64,000 nt of DNA from Anthoceros angustus (GCA_010909165.1 MU008149.1:395086-459085); one strand, 5' to 3'. Counted from the stretch's first letter, positions 34,880-49,250 are shown. Notes: a model not told the origin generated them from the sequence alone. Program-made: numbers and translations.

Positions 34880-37050
34880 TGCTAGCGGACTAGCCGGGTG
34901 CACACTTATAACCCATTATCGTGTAGTCATTGGTTCGGTCCCAAGGGAACGGATCATGCTACTTCTGCGTCTAGTTTCTCCGATCCTACCTATGCTAAAT
35001 GAAACCTTGCCGCCGGACTTGCCTCTAACCTCTCAAACTCCTGCTTGAGGAAACGCTCAAGGTGCCGGATGGTTTCCAACAGCCAGCGCCAATCCTAACA
35101 GCCCATTGGAAATTCCACGTGTGCGCGTGTTACTTGTTCCACCGGACGTCGGGTGGTCTGCCAGACGAGCACCCGACGGAGTGAAATTCCTGCTACCCTT
35201 GTAGGAATTTACTTCGATGTTGTATAGGCTTCTCATCAATCGATCTCGGCCAACAGAACTCGAAAATAGAGGCGTACCGCCAAATTCCCCTTGTGCCAGA
35301 AGAAGTACCGGGGGACAACCCTACTCGTAGGACTAGGTGATCACCTCGACATACCACTTGCTGGAGGACCAGCCGCCTTAGGGTATAACCTCGCGCCATG
35401 AACTCAGCCCGCCCCAGCTTCCTCACATGAACCAAGTTCTTTCTCATATATCACACTATCTACCAAAGGCAGACACAACTGGTTGAGGTCCAACGAACCC
35501 AGACGTTTAAAGACTCGTCCATGCCCTTCAATTAGACTCCGCTAGCTTTCCTTCCACTCGCTTCTCATCGTCTTGGTCTCCAACCTCCAACCTTCTTCCT
35601 CTCCCGCTCGTCAATCTTGCTTAGCTTGGGATGCCAGCATTCCGGGGCATGCAAACCATCCGCTGCGCTTCCATGGCTGTTGCTTCCACGTTGGGCGGGG
35701 ATGTGACCTTCCAGCCGGCTGTCAGCTCCAGCCTCTCCATTCCAGCGGCCTCCCAGTGCACGCGCCGCTCAAGGCCCTTGCTCTCAAGGGGCCGGACCTT
35801 GTGCTCTCCATAACTTGCACCAGCCACCACATATAAGCGAGGCTTGCCACCAGAGCCCAGGATTTCTTTTCCTACATCAGTCCACCCGCTTGGTGACGTG
35901 GGCAATGCGTCCACTCTCCACATGGTGGAGGGAAACCATGGACACAAATTCAAACTAAAAAAAGAATCAAATTACAGAGACAGCAACCTCCCCTCTTATA
36001 CGGCTCCCAAGGCTGCGCCTTCATGACAACCATAGCTGGCATTGTCAGCTACCCTCTATCAACTAACCTAACCACTTACTATCCGCTGCTTGATACCGGA
36101 TCACCCCCGCATGTGCCTACCTTCGCCAATGGCGACTGGGGCGTGGGCCTGGCCAATTCCCCTTATCGGAGGCCTCGTACCCCTTTTCGGTCATGAAGGG
36201 GTGTCCAAGCGGATTATCCTTGACCCTGCCTACCTGTAGTAGCCCGGGCCTCCACTTCCCCAAAATTGGATCCCCCTCCCAGACCCACTCTGATGGGCGA
36301 TCCCCCCACCGCATCCGCCTCGGCTTTCACCAACAATAGCATAGGGTTCTTGGGATTTCCCCCTCACCTGCAGCCATCCGCCGAGTCATCTTGCTCCTGT
36401 GGGAGGTGGGTCAACACCTCCATCTTCAGACTCCCCTACTCCCGGAGTCGGTCCCCGTCCTCTGGCGCCACTTCTCCTAGCGCTGGCTCCGTCTCCTCCA
36501 GGTCTGATGGCATGGTCCCCACCCTGCCGGGAGCCTAGATGTCTACTAGCTCCACTTCTTCACTCCCCGCCAGACTACTTGATACTGGACCCAACTGTGT
36601 TGCCTGTAGTTCTGGACAGCATACCTCTTTGGCTGCCAGGGTTGGAGACCTTTTCGCCTATGGAACGCAAAAGTTTGGGCCACTAGATCAAGTGAGTTTG
36701 TTTTGGAACAAGTCCAAGTTCTTTTCATTAGAAATGATTTCGAGGAAACATGCCATAACTTTTTTGGTTCTTTTGAAGTTGGAGCCATAGGACAGTGTTA
36801 TGAAGGTAGGGAGAAAGCTTATGAGGAAGGTAGGGAGGACGCTTAGGTAGGGTTGAAATGACCTTGTGACGAGGAGAGTAGGTGCCAAACGTGAACGGTA
36901 GGGGTGCACCTACTGTGGTAGGAAAGCAACCTACCATGGTAAGTAGGTACTTACCACCATAGGGAGGCAACCTACCAAGGTAGGTGAGCACCTACCACCG
37001 TAGGTAGGAGCGTAGGTTACACAAGCATAAGGCAGAATAGGGTAGCTATA
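34880..37050 (-). mobile_element. Probable further degenerate long-LTR-related segment
   Basis: GGTTCGGTCCCAAGGGAACGG near 34935 resembles the U5 motif GATTCGCTCCCAAGGGAATGG. Broken ORFs and a CCTACC/GGTAGG repeat cluster at 36900-37010. Boundaries uncertain. Confidence 0.3.
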
Positions 37051-38638
37051 TATGTAGTCTTTTAGTGGACTAGATAAATAGACCGAAATAGGAATTTAAG
37101 TAATTAGAGGCCAATTTGGGAAAATAGAAAAATTAGGAAGATAGAGAAAATAGCACTTTAAGATAAGGCGAGTTGGGAAACTCCTATCAACGGTGGAGAA
37201 AAAGGCCACGTGGTGCACGTGGACAAGGAAAGAACTGTGGACTCCCCTTTAGGAAGATGATAGATGGATTTTTTTTTGTTTTCTTTAGTGTATGGTGTGG
37301 AAAATAAGGCGGAAAAGGGACAATAAGGTTGAAGAGGGGGAATTGCGATGGACAAGGAGACGGAAGAAAAGGTCAGGGCCGGACAACGTTGGACTAAACT
37401 CCTGAGAAGGTCACTTCGGACTAAACTCTACAGTGGGTCACTCCGGAAAAAACCCCAGAGCAGAACAAGGTAAGTCTGCTGGAAAAGGTAACTGTGGAAA
37501 AAGGGTGGAGCGTAATAGGCAAGCGGGCCACGTGGACGGTGTTGAGTGGAGGATGGACATGCAGCGGACCAGGACCGCAGAGTTATCATCGACCATTATA
37601 GGTAGGTAACCACGACCCAAGGACAACGCCAAGAAGGCGGCGGGCGTAAAGTTGGACTACGATGCGGGACTCGCGATTCACGGCGAAAGGGCGTCTTCCT
37701 ACCACATCGATTCGCCCGGCCGATCTTGAGAAGACCATCTTTCCGGCCGACTTCTCGACAGTTTTCGCAGTCGCTCGCGCTTAGACACCCCGCTCTTTGG
37801 CTTTCTCTTCCGACGTTCGAGCGCAGCGCCAAGCGATCTTCGCCGTCAAACAGCGCGCCCATCTATTTTGAACTCTGAAGCCTCGTGGGAAGTATCTCAG
37901 TCCTCCATACCTCAGCGCCTGATCAAGCGGAGCGCAAGCATGGGACCCAAGAAGGCGGCGGAGGTTTGGGAGCCCTGGCGCATGGTAGAGAAGAACATCA
38001 TCGCGCTACCTGGATTTTGGTGGCCGAGGCGGAGGAGGCAGGAGTGGGGGTATGACATTTTCCAAGCGGTATGGACCTTTGATAAGCGTCATGTGCATGC
38101 GAGAATCGCCGGAAGATGTTGGCTGCAGCCACCAAGGTTGTCCGCTCCAAAAGCTTGCGGGAGGACCCAAGGAGGTGGACACTGGAGGTCCTTAGGGCGG
38201 TCTATAATCGCCCGGCAGAGGAGGTAGGGGGGGTGGTGCCGGAGCCCCTGAAGGTGAAAGGGAAGGTGGAAGCTGCCAAGGTGGCGCTCTTGAGGCCGGG
38301 GACGTAGCAGTCCTCCAATGGTTGGCTCATGTCGGACTGCTTGGACCCGGGTGGTGATGGCGAAAATTATCTTCTGGGTGCGATGTCAAGGTAGACCACC
38401 TTGGTGACAATTTGTTGGTCTTTTCTGCACGCCCTCCAGAGGGGCAAGAGGGTGGATTGGGGGGCGAATCATCTTCGCTTGTATCGCTCCGGAGGCGAGA
38501 AATCTGCGGAACGAGAGGCCGCCCCCGTTGGCGTTGTCTCCGTTCATCGTCCATGTATGGGGACACCTCAACCTCATGAAGGAAGGAGAGGAGGAACGAG
38601 TCCTCCGGAGGGGGCTGCCGACCTTACCGGAGGCAAAA

Positions 38639-41600
38639 TGTTTCTAAATCAGATGTACTCATGCACACAGGTGCTTGAAATAAAGTGAGTTATGTATTAT
38701 GAATACACAAAGTGTCTTATATCACAAAATTGTTCAAGAGTCATGTCTGTTCAAGTAACCTAGGTATTGACAACTAACTAATAAAATGGTTCGTTTATAT
38801 ATATAGGAACCTAGCAGGTTCTAGTCTAACTCTTGCCAAGTAAGCGAACCTGCGTTTAGGCATGTGACATAGCGTATGCGGCTCATGACTCTGTGTCTCG
38901 CACTTTGTGCCTTGATTAGATCTACCTCTGTTCCGGCCTTTGGCGGGAAAAACAAAGTAGGAGGCAGACTGAGAGTGCATACGGCACCGGCCCAACCATC
39001 CTGCACTCATCGGGGAATACAGGATTTTCAAGCGAGCGTGTGGCGGGTGGTGGGAGTGCAATTGCAAGTCACAGCTCCTAAGAGGCAGACGACATCCAGT
39101 ATTTACTCACGAAGATGAAGAGGCATGTCATAATTCGGACGCGATATACAAGCCCTACAGGATAGCTAAGTGATATGCCAGCTGCAATATGCGATTAAGT
39201 TGAGCTTGTTGCTTCATCCACCATAGTCTGCAGCTGGCTGTAGAGACATGAGAGCTAGGGCTGAGAGGCAGTGCAAGCCTGCACGCCCATGGCCTCCATG
39301 TGCTGATAGTGCTTGCCAGCAGGAAGATACTTCGTAAGAAGGTCTGCTGTGTTCAGGTCTGTTGGCAAATATTGAATCTTTACATGTCTTTGCTCCACAG
39401 AGTGTCTGATGAAGTGGTGATGCACTTCAATGTGCTTTGTACGCGCATGGAAGCGTGGATTGGCTGTCATAGCTATTGTGGACATGTTGTCACAGTAAAT
39501 GGGAGTGGGCTGTGACTGTGGATATCCAAGACCTGCCAGAAAACATCGCTCCCACACTGCTTCCTTAGCACCTTCTGTCAAGGCTTTATATTCAGCCTCG
39601 GTTGATGACAAAGCAACCAAAGCTTGCTTCTTTGAGCTCCAGTGAATGGCAGCATCGTTCAAAGTAAAGCAATAGGCCGAAATGCTTCTCCGGCATGCAG
39701 GTGCATGGCCCGTCGGCGCCGACATACCCACACAAGGTAGGCTCTTGACCTCGCCCACAGCATAGGCCGTCTTGCCGCCAGGATATCGAGGCAGCGTTTA
39801 ACCGCACTCCAGTGGGCCTGTCCAGGGTTATCCGGTGGGCGAAAGCGAGGCTCCTTGCACTGCTTGAATGTCCGTGGTCCGGCCAACTAATGTAATTGAG
39901 CAACCTCGCATGACGATAGGGAACCTGAGCCATGGTCTGGCGCTCCTCATCTGTCTGGGGACACTGATCATGGGAAAGCTTCAGGCCTGCAACTCCTGGA
40001 GTAGAGACAGGTTTGGCAGTATCAAGGTGAAAGCGGTGCAGAGTCTCGGCAATGTATTTTGCTTGATGCAGCATAAGAGTGCCTTCTTCCATATTTCGGA
40101 CGAGTTGAACGCCGAGAACAAAGGTAAGAGCACCAATATCTTTCATGTCGAACTTCTGGTGCAGCATGTCTTTGACCCAAGATAACAAACCTGGGTCATT
40201 TGATGCGAGGATGGCGTCGTCGACATACAAAGCGAGGACAACAAGTTTGCCATCCTTGGAGAAGTAATATACGTTTGCATCACCAGGATTCTGTATGAAA
40301 CCAATGGACTTGAGGTACCTGTCAATTGTCTTGTACCACTCACGAGCTGATTGTTTTAACCCATAAATGGTTTTCTTAAGATGGCAGACCCAGTCTGGAT
40401 GCTCGGGATCCACAAAGCCCTCGGGCTGCGACATATAAATGTCCTCTTCCAGTTCACCATAAAGGAAGGCCGTGCAGACATCCATCTGCTGGAGATCCCA
40501 AGCGTTTGCAGCAGCCAAAGCAAGGATCATGCGAATAGACTGGGTTTTCACAACAGGACTAAAAGTTTCTGTGAAATCTATGCCAGGAACCTGGGTGAAA
40601 CCCCTAGCAACAAGCCTGGACTTGTATCGGGCAATCTCACCCTGGGCATTCAACTTATGTTTGAAGACCCACTTGCAACTGACCACCTTCCTACCCTTAG
40701 GTAGAGGACATAGTTCCCACGTGTCATTTTTGATTAAGGAGTCGTATTCATCCTTGATGGAAGGGATCCAGTGTGCCTTGTCAGCTCCAGTGATAGCCTC
40801 CTGATATGTCCTGGGTTCGTGCTTAACAAAAGGAGGGCTACTCACAGAAGACTTAGATGGTGGAATAGCAACCCTAGCTCTAGGACGTCGGAAATCAATA
40901 GAGGTGTATGGGGGTTCAGCCCAGAGCAGGTGGGTTCCTTACGAGGTAACGACGTTCACAGGCCATTCAGCAGTGCCACCTCACCATCATCAGAAACAAG
41001 ACCAGGTAATTGTTCATGCAACTCAGAATCGGCAGAGTGGACAGAGAGATCATCTGCAACTAAATCATACTCTGCCTCATCCACTGCTGCAGGTTGCTCT
41101 TGAACTGCATCTGGGACTTCATCATGTACTGGGAGAGGTGGACCCGAGAAAGGAGCAGTTGCTAGGGCAGGGCTGGGCGAGCAGAAATAAAAGCTGGTGC
41201 TGCGGTCACCTTTGTTGAGTCTGAGCCACCACGGGGTTCTGGGCGCTGGAATATCGAGAGAAACAACTCCAGGTGTATCATCTTGTGGGTACTCGGTTGA
41301 ATCATCCATGTCTGCCAAATCAACGTGAGTGCCAGTCTCACGATTGTCGGACAAATGATCAAAATATGGCTTGGCAGGGCAAATAAGCTCCTTGAAGGTA
41401 ACGCTTCGCGCAAACACTGCTGTTGAAGTAATTGGATCCAGCAGCTTGTAGGCTTTTGCCTCTTCGCCATATCCCACAAAAAAGAGTGGACGCGCTCTGT
41501 CTTCTAATTTTCTCCGCCTCTCTGCAGGGATGTAAGCATATGCTGGAGAGCCAAAGACCCGCAGGTGCAGCAGGCTAGGTTTCCTACGCCATATGACTTC

Positions 41601-44600
41601 AAACGGAGTTTTTTCATCTACAGCACTTGTGAGAAGCCTGTTCAGAATGTAAGTCGCCGTAACCACTGCCTCTGCCCAGTATGCTTTGCTCAAACCTGCC
41701 CACTCTAACATGCTCCTTGTCATCCCTAGCAGAGTCTGGTTGCGGCGTTCAGCAACACCGTTCTTCTGCTGGGTATAAGGTACACTGAGTTGGCGTACAA
41801 CGCCGTTCTCCAGCAAGAATTGGTTGAAGTGAGCATGTGTGAACTCTGTGCCGTTGTCAGTTCGGAGCTGTTGAAGCAAGCACCCTGTCTGCCTCTGTGC
41901 CATGACCAACCATTCCTGGAAGACCTCAAAAGTATCAGACTTTAAACGGAGGGGATAGGTCCAGGAATATCTGCTAAAATCGTCAGTAATGGTAAGGTAG
42001 TATAGGGCACCACCAAGAGAGGGAACATGGATCTTGCCTGAAATGTCCGCATGTACTAACTCTAGTACCTGTGATGCACGATGAGCCACCAACTTGGGAA
42101 AGGGAACTTCCTTTTGCTTGGCTATGACACATGCATCACAAAATGGCAAGTCTTTAAAGCACTTGGGTAAAGGCTCTCTATAGCAACTGAGATTCGACAT
42201 TTTTATCAACTTATCTCGATTGGCATGACCGAGTCTGGCATGCCACAGACTAGCTTGGGCAGACTGTGATGATTGGACAGCATGCACAGACTCAGGGGGT
42301 ATGCAGGTGAGATCCAGCTGGTATAAATCATGAACAAGGTGTCCTTTGGCTACGACTTCTTTACCATCCCCCCTTCGCTTCTTAAGTTCACAACTGTGAG
42401 AAGTGAAGAGGAGGTCGTACTCTCGCAAGGACATAAGTTGGCTGACCGAAAGTAGGTGCTTGGCCATGAGTGGGACATGCAGAACATTATCAAGGTGGAG
42501 GATGACCATCACGCATGACGGCGACATGCACGAGCCGGCCAATGCGACACATGCGGGTAAGTTCATCCCAAAGACTTTTCAGATGTGTGAGAAGGACGGT
42601 AATGACTCAGTAAACTCCTATCATTGCAGATATGGGAGGTAGCACCTGAGTCTAAGTACCAACTATTGGGAGAGGGAAGACCGGCAGAAGATGCAAAACA
42701 AACTGTCATCACAACAGGAGGCTTGTTAGCGGTCGAAGATGCCTTGGCGACAGAATGGGCCTCAGCCTGGTTAGGCTTCTCGACCTTCTGCCATGACCTT
42801 CTTTTCTCTGATCTCTCTCCGGTGGCACAGGATGCCGCACCAATTGAGCCGCCTTTTGTGGAAGAAGAGCCAGGTTGTCCTTCCTGTGTATGTTGCCCTC
42901 ATCGCTGTTACATACGTCGTATAAAGGACCTTGTCAGTTTTTGTTTTTCCACCTTGAGGTGTGGAGTGAAGCCTACTTTGCTCCTCTTGCAGGAGAGCCC
43001 CGATCACATCCACGAAGCTGATCTGAGGTGCTTTGCCAGCAGCAACAGCCTTGTCTGCCGCTCGGATGGAAGCACCAAAGCCGGAAACAAAGGTCTGGTA
43101 GCTGGGTGGTAGGCAAGTGAGGAGTTGAGCGACTGCATCCAACTCCGGAAACTGAGATCCTAGGTTCAGAAGCTGGGCCCTCAGTTGGCGAAACTTCAAG
43201 ACGAAAGGTCCCACCTTCTCGCCTTCTCTAAGTCTCATTGAAAGCCTCCACAGTTGCACCAGTAAGTATGTTCTTTGCCTCGTGACGTTTGCGACAATTG
43301 TGTCGGTTCGTTGAGTCTTGTAGGTTAAGCCACATCGGGCAAAAGTACTTCATCAAGACCACTAATCAAGACCGCACGAGCAACGTGGTTCAGGTTGTCC
43401 CACTTCTCTATCTCATCCGCTGGAGCTCCTGCAGCTGGTTTAGGGAGTGTGCCACTAACCACATTCCACACGTGCCGAGCTTGCAGGGCAGCGGTCATTC
43501 GCACACGCCATCCATGGAACTTGGAGCCATTGAAACGGTCCTTCTCTTTAAATTCCATGGAGAAGGATGGTGCAGGTATCACTGGCACTGGTGGAAGAGG
43601 TGGAACTCCTCCACCTCCACCTCCAGCACCCCCTCCGCCTCCACCTCCAGCACCCCCTCCACCTCCACCTCCAGCGCCCCCTCCTATAGCCATTCTGACT
43701 TACTTTGATAAGATTATCAGGTGCTCACGGGTGATCAAGCCGATTGCATAAGGTACTCTTCTCGAGGTAGGTCGAGATGCTGTAGGAGGCTGACAGATGA
43801 AGCGTGGGGAGGGGCAGCAAGGGTCTGAAGAGGCGCGGCGCGAGGTCGATGTCACGGGACCTTGAGGGGGCGCGGTTGGACTGCTAGAGTCCGGAGATGG
43901 GCGGCGTGGTGTGTCTTGGCGGGCTGCGAGAATCGCGTCTGTGAGTTCTTCTTTGCGAGGCAGCACAGCAAGTCGAGGCGCCTCCGCCCGGAAAAACCAC
44001 AGAACACGGGAATGCGGATCGCCCTACCGCGGCGACACCGGAATGGGCTTCTCGCGAGGCGAGTCCAGCGATGGAGCGAGCTGCGGCGGATACTGGCTCG
44101 AGTCGTGCGGTTGAGTTGCAATTCGATCCGAGATCGATCGAGTTTCTGACATCCTCTGTCAGCCGTTCATTTGCTTGCGGAGTAGATCCACGGCGCAAGG
44201 TCTCTTGATGGCGCGCAGTGTGAACTTCGCCACTGTGAAAGCACAGTGAATAAGGCCGATTCTGTGGTGTTCAACTTCAGACATTAGCTCGACTATCTCC
44301 GGCAGGTTAGTAGCCCGAGATCGGAATGTTTCCCGCAAGTCGTCCTCTTGTGAGTCTCGAGATTCCGGATGTCTTTCAATATGCACCCTGTTTGGAGTTC
44401 GAGAGAAATGCAATGTGTAAGGGATATCTTCCTGGCCTGCGTGATAATCTCAGACCGATCTGGAGCGATCCGGCAGCCCCTAATTGTGGGTCATTGCGGG
44501 GTAACAAGGTGTATGCTCGACGCGAGAAAGCCCCCGTCGAGTCATTTTATGATTAGAGTAGCATGATCTGCTGCGTTACGACAGACGGATCCACGGTGAT

Positions 44601-45023
44601 CTCTTGTTTCTTGTCATGCGATTTTAAAACATATTCCATTACTAGCATTGGTAATGTAGGTAGTGAGGAAGGAATTTTAGACACTGCGATCACGGAATCA
44701 CAATTTACGCGTGACTCACAGTTTTGTGTCCTATAATCCCTTTTGCTACATGCACCTACCATAATAAAGTATATTAATACGGGCGATAAATCGGATCGTG
44801 TATCAAAGCACAGGGCTCGATACCATGTTTCATCCGGATGTACTCATGCACCACGGGTGCTTGAAATAAAGTGAGTTATGTATTATGAATACACAAAGTG
44901 TCTTATATCACAAAATTGTTCCAAAGAGTCATGCATTCAAGTAACCTAGGTATTGACCAACTAACATTAATAAATTTGGTTCGTTTATATATATAGGAAC
45001 CCTAACGGGGTTCTAGTCTAACA
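38639..45023 (-). mobile_element. Ty1/copia LTR retrotransposon, near full length
   Basis: LTRs 44826-45023 and 38639-38830 (TGTTAGACTAGAACC...GAAACA on minus). TSD CAAAA at 38634-38638 and 45024-45028. PBS TGGTATCGAGC at 44825-44815. Domain order gag-PR-INT-RT-RH. Confidence 0.95.
39255..43693 (-). pseudogene. Copia gag-pol polyprotein with several frameshifts
   Basis: gag DRFNGSKFHGWRVRM..L..RHVWNVV; PR YLDSGATSHIC near 42640; LWHARLGH. INT LELVHADISG, TDDFSR, LRTDNGTEF, QKNGVAERRN. RT WVFKHK..YKSRLVARGF, QMDVCTAFLYG, YGLKQSAREW, LYVDD. RH STEAEY, YCDN, RTKHIEV, ADLLTK. Confidence 0.93.
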
Positions 45024-46338
45024 CAAAACGAGAAGAAGAAGCGTAGGACCCGAATGACCGCCCGCCCAAGATAAGAGCGCACCGGGGAGGGAAGGCGGGA
45101 GGTCAGGACTCATTAATGCAGGCGGACCCCTCTCCTCCAAAAGGGAGTATGGGAGGATATCCTTCCTCCTCTTGGTCCCCTAACGGGCAGCCATCCCGGG
45201 GAGCTACTACGGCGGGAATGGAGCTAGTGCCGTAGCCCAGCCGGCCCGCAGCACTGCTCCGGGCAGAACCAGAGCAGCGGACGGAAGAGCGAAAAAGCGG
45301 CCTTGCAAATCACGAGGGCGGCTCGGTGTCTTACCTGCCAAGCCGGAATGGCGGGAGGCGGAGGCGATAGAAGGCGGAGCGAGATGCCGCCAAGGAGTGC
45401 GAGGGTCGTGGCAGCAACCCGCAGGCGGGTCTATCCTCTGAGGAGAGGCAGGCTAGTTCCGGACTCCCTCCCTCACGGACTCTAAGCGGAGGCGTGCGGA
45501 GAAGGGCTGGCGAAGAGGCCAAGGAGGTCAAGGGCACACTCGGGACAGACGGGACACGAGGGTCCTGAGCTGGTCACAGAGTCCTCAACACAGGACTCAC
45601 TCGGACGGTAGTATGGTAATCCTTAGCAGATGGGAGATGCCTCACGCCCTCGGTAGTTTCTTGGGGGCCTCACGTGTGGCCATGGAGAAGTAAAGTGAGT
45701 TTTGGCGGCCGTCATGGGCCCGGCATGTTATCAAGGGACTCTATGGGACGGAAGACCAGTGGAGGCCACCAAGATGAACGGCGGAGCTCGAGGTCGAGAT
45801 GGAGGCTCTGAAGAAGGCGGAGTCCCTCGCGAATGAGTAGGAGGCGGATGAGTCGAAGCGGAGGCAAGGTCCGCCCGGCAAGATGATAGGGCCGAGTGCT
45901 TGTTTGTGCAAATAAATTTGAAACGCTCAGGCCGGGTGTGAGTTGACGACCCATGTAGGTAGGGCGCAGTGAGGTCCACATTTACCCTCCATGTCGTTGT
46001 AGTCACAGGATTCGCTCCCAAGGGAATGGTTTGTGCCAAGGCGCTATCCTGACCTTGCCTAAGTCAGACTTACCGCTACCTCTTACCTATCTACTCTACT
46101 ACTACTACCCCGTCTTGTCCAACTACCACGGACCTAACTCCTCGACAAATCTCGCTCCACCCGGTAGCCTCTGGGTAGTTGCTACAACCACCGAGGTGGG
46201 TCCCACCAAACCCTAGCACTCATCTGCGGCCGCGGATCCACTGCAGGCGGGCTGCACGCTCGCGGATCGGATGTTATGCACTCACACACACTCACCGATT
46301 CCTAGGGGCCAAAGTCCCTAGGATCCTCACTCGCTCCC

Positions 46339-46363
46339 CACACACACACACACACACACACAC
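46339..46363. repeat. (CA)n microsatellite in the R/U5 region of LTR A
   Basis: Read directly; shorter equivalents near 55905 and 60365. Confidence 0.9.
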
Positions 46364-47130
46364 GGTTTCTACGAGGCGTTGTTTTCCTTGTGCACTTTTT
46401 GCACGGTTTGAGTTTCTCAATTCACACAATTCTCCGCTACGCTCCAATTGCTCACCTCTTCCCGATCTCACACCTCGCATCGCGTCAGCATTGATCTCTC
46501 CTTCACCCGATCTCTTCTCTCTCTCTCCCTCCTCAATTCGCCCCGGGCTTCCAACCATCCACTCACAATCGATTTGAACACAACTTCGGGTTTAAAGGTG
46601 AAGGAAGAAAGCAGGCGTCGCAGGCGTTGAGCAAGCTCCGGACCCGCCCGCGATCCCTTGGCTTCCTCCTCCTTGTCGGCCAAAAATTGCTCCATCACCT
46701 CCTCCTCCCGTTGCGAGCAAGCTCTCGACCACCCCTAGGTCTCGCACACCACCTCATCAATCGACGTCTCCAACCCACGAGGCGTGGGGATCTCAAGGGA
46801 GTTATCTGTGGTGGAGGCAAGTTGCCCCTCTTATACATCGGCCGGGCCACCCCAGTTTTAGGTCCTAAAAGCTAAGGGCGCACCCACAATTCGCGATCTT
46901 AGGTCCGATGGGGCATCCTACCCAAATTATCTTTAGGATGCTACCACCTATTGCCTCGCTATCCTGCGCCCTCCCCGACTTCGTCACTTTGGCCCCGTCC
47001 TCCATTCGCGCCCGCCACGAGCCCTCCGCCCCTTGGCCGGCGGTCGACGGGTTTCCCAGGACTTCCACCTCACATCCTGCTGGGCGTCCTGGTGAGGCAT
47101 ACCACAGGCTTCGCCTCTTCCGCTTGCCGC

Positions 47131-49250
47131 CTATTCTTGAGGATTACCACGGTTCCTCATCCACCCAAGCTGGACCTCCTCTTCCTCAACTCCTCCAAGT
47201 CGCCTCCGCGCATAATAGGGGCCAATCCCCACACTCGGCGCGATGGTAGAAGTATGCACCGGGTCCTCACTTGCGATGGGTAGGACTGATCCCTCCTATT
47301 TCCACACGCACATGGGCGGTGAGTTAAGCCGCGTTCTCCATTCACATATAGACCGAGCATAAGTTTCCTCATCCATGTGCCGCAATATAATAGGACCTCC
47401 TGCGGTGCTTACCCCCTCCTCCGTAGCTACACAGTTGCTGGTCCGCCCATGCGCATGGTCGCGTCGCGTCACCGCGCCCATTCGCTTCCGCTACCGCGGT
47501 GGTGACTCCACGGCCGTCGTTGGTCGGCGGCCGTGGTAGGTGTTTCGGCTACCTTCTTGCTTCCTTCCTCGGTAGCCTTCCGCTACCGGTCACCTGCCTC
47601 GCTTCCCTTCTCTTTTACGGTTCGGCCACGTGCCTCATCCCTCCGTTTACTCCGCTGCTTATGGGCCTTTTCCACGAGGCCTCCGCTCTGGGCTCGCAAC
47701 AACTCCCCACCATCTCTGGTTTGACTCGTGGGCATCCTTAATTTGAGCCATGAGTGCTTCCTGCTCGTCATGGCTTGCAACTTCTCACGGCCCACAAATC
47801 TTCTTGAATCTTGGCCCTTATTTCCTCTAAGGCCGCTTGTCTTCCTCCGGTTGCTTGCTTGGCTTCTCCCTTAAACACAGCCTTCACCACTTCCTCCGCC
47901 GCCCCTTGCAGAGCCATGTGAGCTAAAGCCGCTTGATCCAACAAATCCGCTTGGGCCGGATCATCCGTGGTCGGCTCACCAATTCCACTTGTTGTGGCGG
48001 CCCGTGACGCCATCCTCTGTCGAGAACTTTCCTCCCAACAAAGTGCGCACCCTCACCAATTTGCATCCACCTCATTGCCGGTGGAGTCCCTTGAAAATCT
48101 CTTCCCATCTTTGAGGAGGGTCCGCTCGAGGTCATAAACCCTCAGTTGATTCATCATCGCATCCAGTCAAAATTGTCCTCGGATCGCGCCTCTTCCTCCG
48201 CCACCTCAAGCTGCGTTTGGCTTTCATTTCTTTGCTTTTTTGGCCGACACATGCACTTTCACCTTTTTTTGCCACCCCGGTCTTCCTCTTCTTGCTGGTG
48301 GGAATTTCCTTCTCCTCCTCAGGCCACATCGCCATGGACTCCCGGTGTCGATTCCTCCTCAATTTCCTTGGGCTCCTCCGCCTTCCATTTCACCTCCTAA
48401 CCGGCTTCCACATGAGGCTACAATCTCCACCTCTGGCGGGGCAGTTAGCATGCGCATAAAGATGGACTAGGAATGGTGAGAGGGGGAGAGGGCTCAAGTT
48501 CAACCTCTCTTCACACAACTTCTCGAGAGAATTAGGTCAATCGATCTTCGCCTTGACCACTTCATGGAGGAACAGCAAGTGGTCGGACAAATAATCCGCT
48601 TCTTGTCTTTGCGAAAAGGAAGCCATCTGGCGGACCCATCAAGCTGCTGTTGCCAATCTCGTCAACAACCGTTGGGTTCCGGATTCGCCCGCTTTAACCG
48701 GGCGGCTGCTGCTTCTTCTGTCTTCCTGGGGTTCCATCACCAAACCCCTCCTCCTTGCTGCGCCCATACACTTCTAACCAATGCGGTCCCAATCCGGTTT
48801 TGCTCTAAATCCCTGGTTGCTTGTCTTTAGGTGGCGCACACTCCACGATCCCGTTCATGTAATTCCCGCTCTTCCATGAAACCCGACTCCTTCACAGCCC
48901 CAGCTCGAACTTTCCAATGATCCATGTTTGGCCATTGGGCAAGCACAATTCATGGTGACCTTGGCGCCATCCTCTCCGAGTCCCCGGTCTCGCGCGCCTC
49001 AAATAGCCACCGCTGAATTTCTGGGGTCGGTCTCGAGTTCCTACCTCCTCCTCCCGCGCCGCGCGCGCCTTCCTTCCTCCTGCGTTGCGACTTCGCGATT
49101 GAGGGTTGAGCTCCTTCCGCCGTCGTTGCGCCTCTCGCCTCCTGATCACGGTGCCCCGGACGGCGACCTCACGCTCCGGCCGCGTTCGCTCCACTCTCCT
49201 CGCTCCGCGCGTTGCGCTCCGTTGTTTGAGCGGATTACTGTCATTTCCTA
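47131..49250 (-). pseudogene. LTR-internal (U3) ORF in LTR A, about 2.1 kb, frameshifted
   Basis: Peptide blocks are collinear with those in LTRs B and C (LSDHLL.FLHE, IFMRML..PEVEIVAS, KKRKTG, LERTLLKDGKRFSRDS, EKLQAMTSQEALMAQIKDAHES, GPI.LRHMDEETY, VQLGWMRNRGNPQE*). The ORF lies upstream of the TATA box at about 46836. Start codon unresolved. Confidence 0.6.

Larger units (their letters stand above)
37270..45955 (+). mobile_element. Long-LTR-related unit (37270-38638 plus 45024-about 45955) interrupted by the copia element
   Basis: 37270-37860 is similar to the reverse complement of 33200-33740. KVDHLGDNLLVF / LHALQRGKRVDWG peptide at about 38385-38465. Purine-rich sequence continues across the CAAAA TSD. 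Confidence 0.55.
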
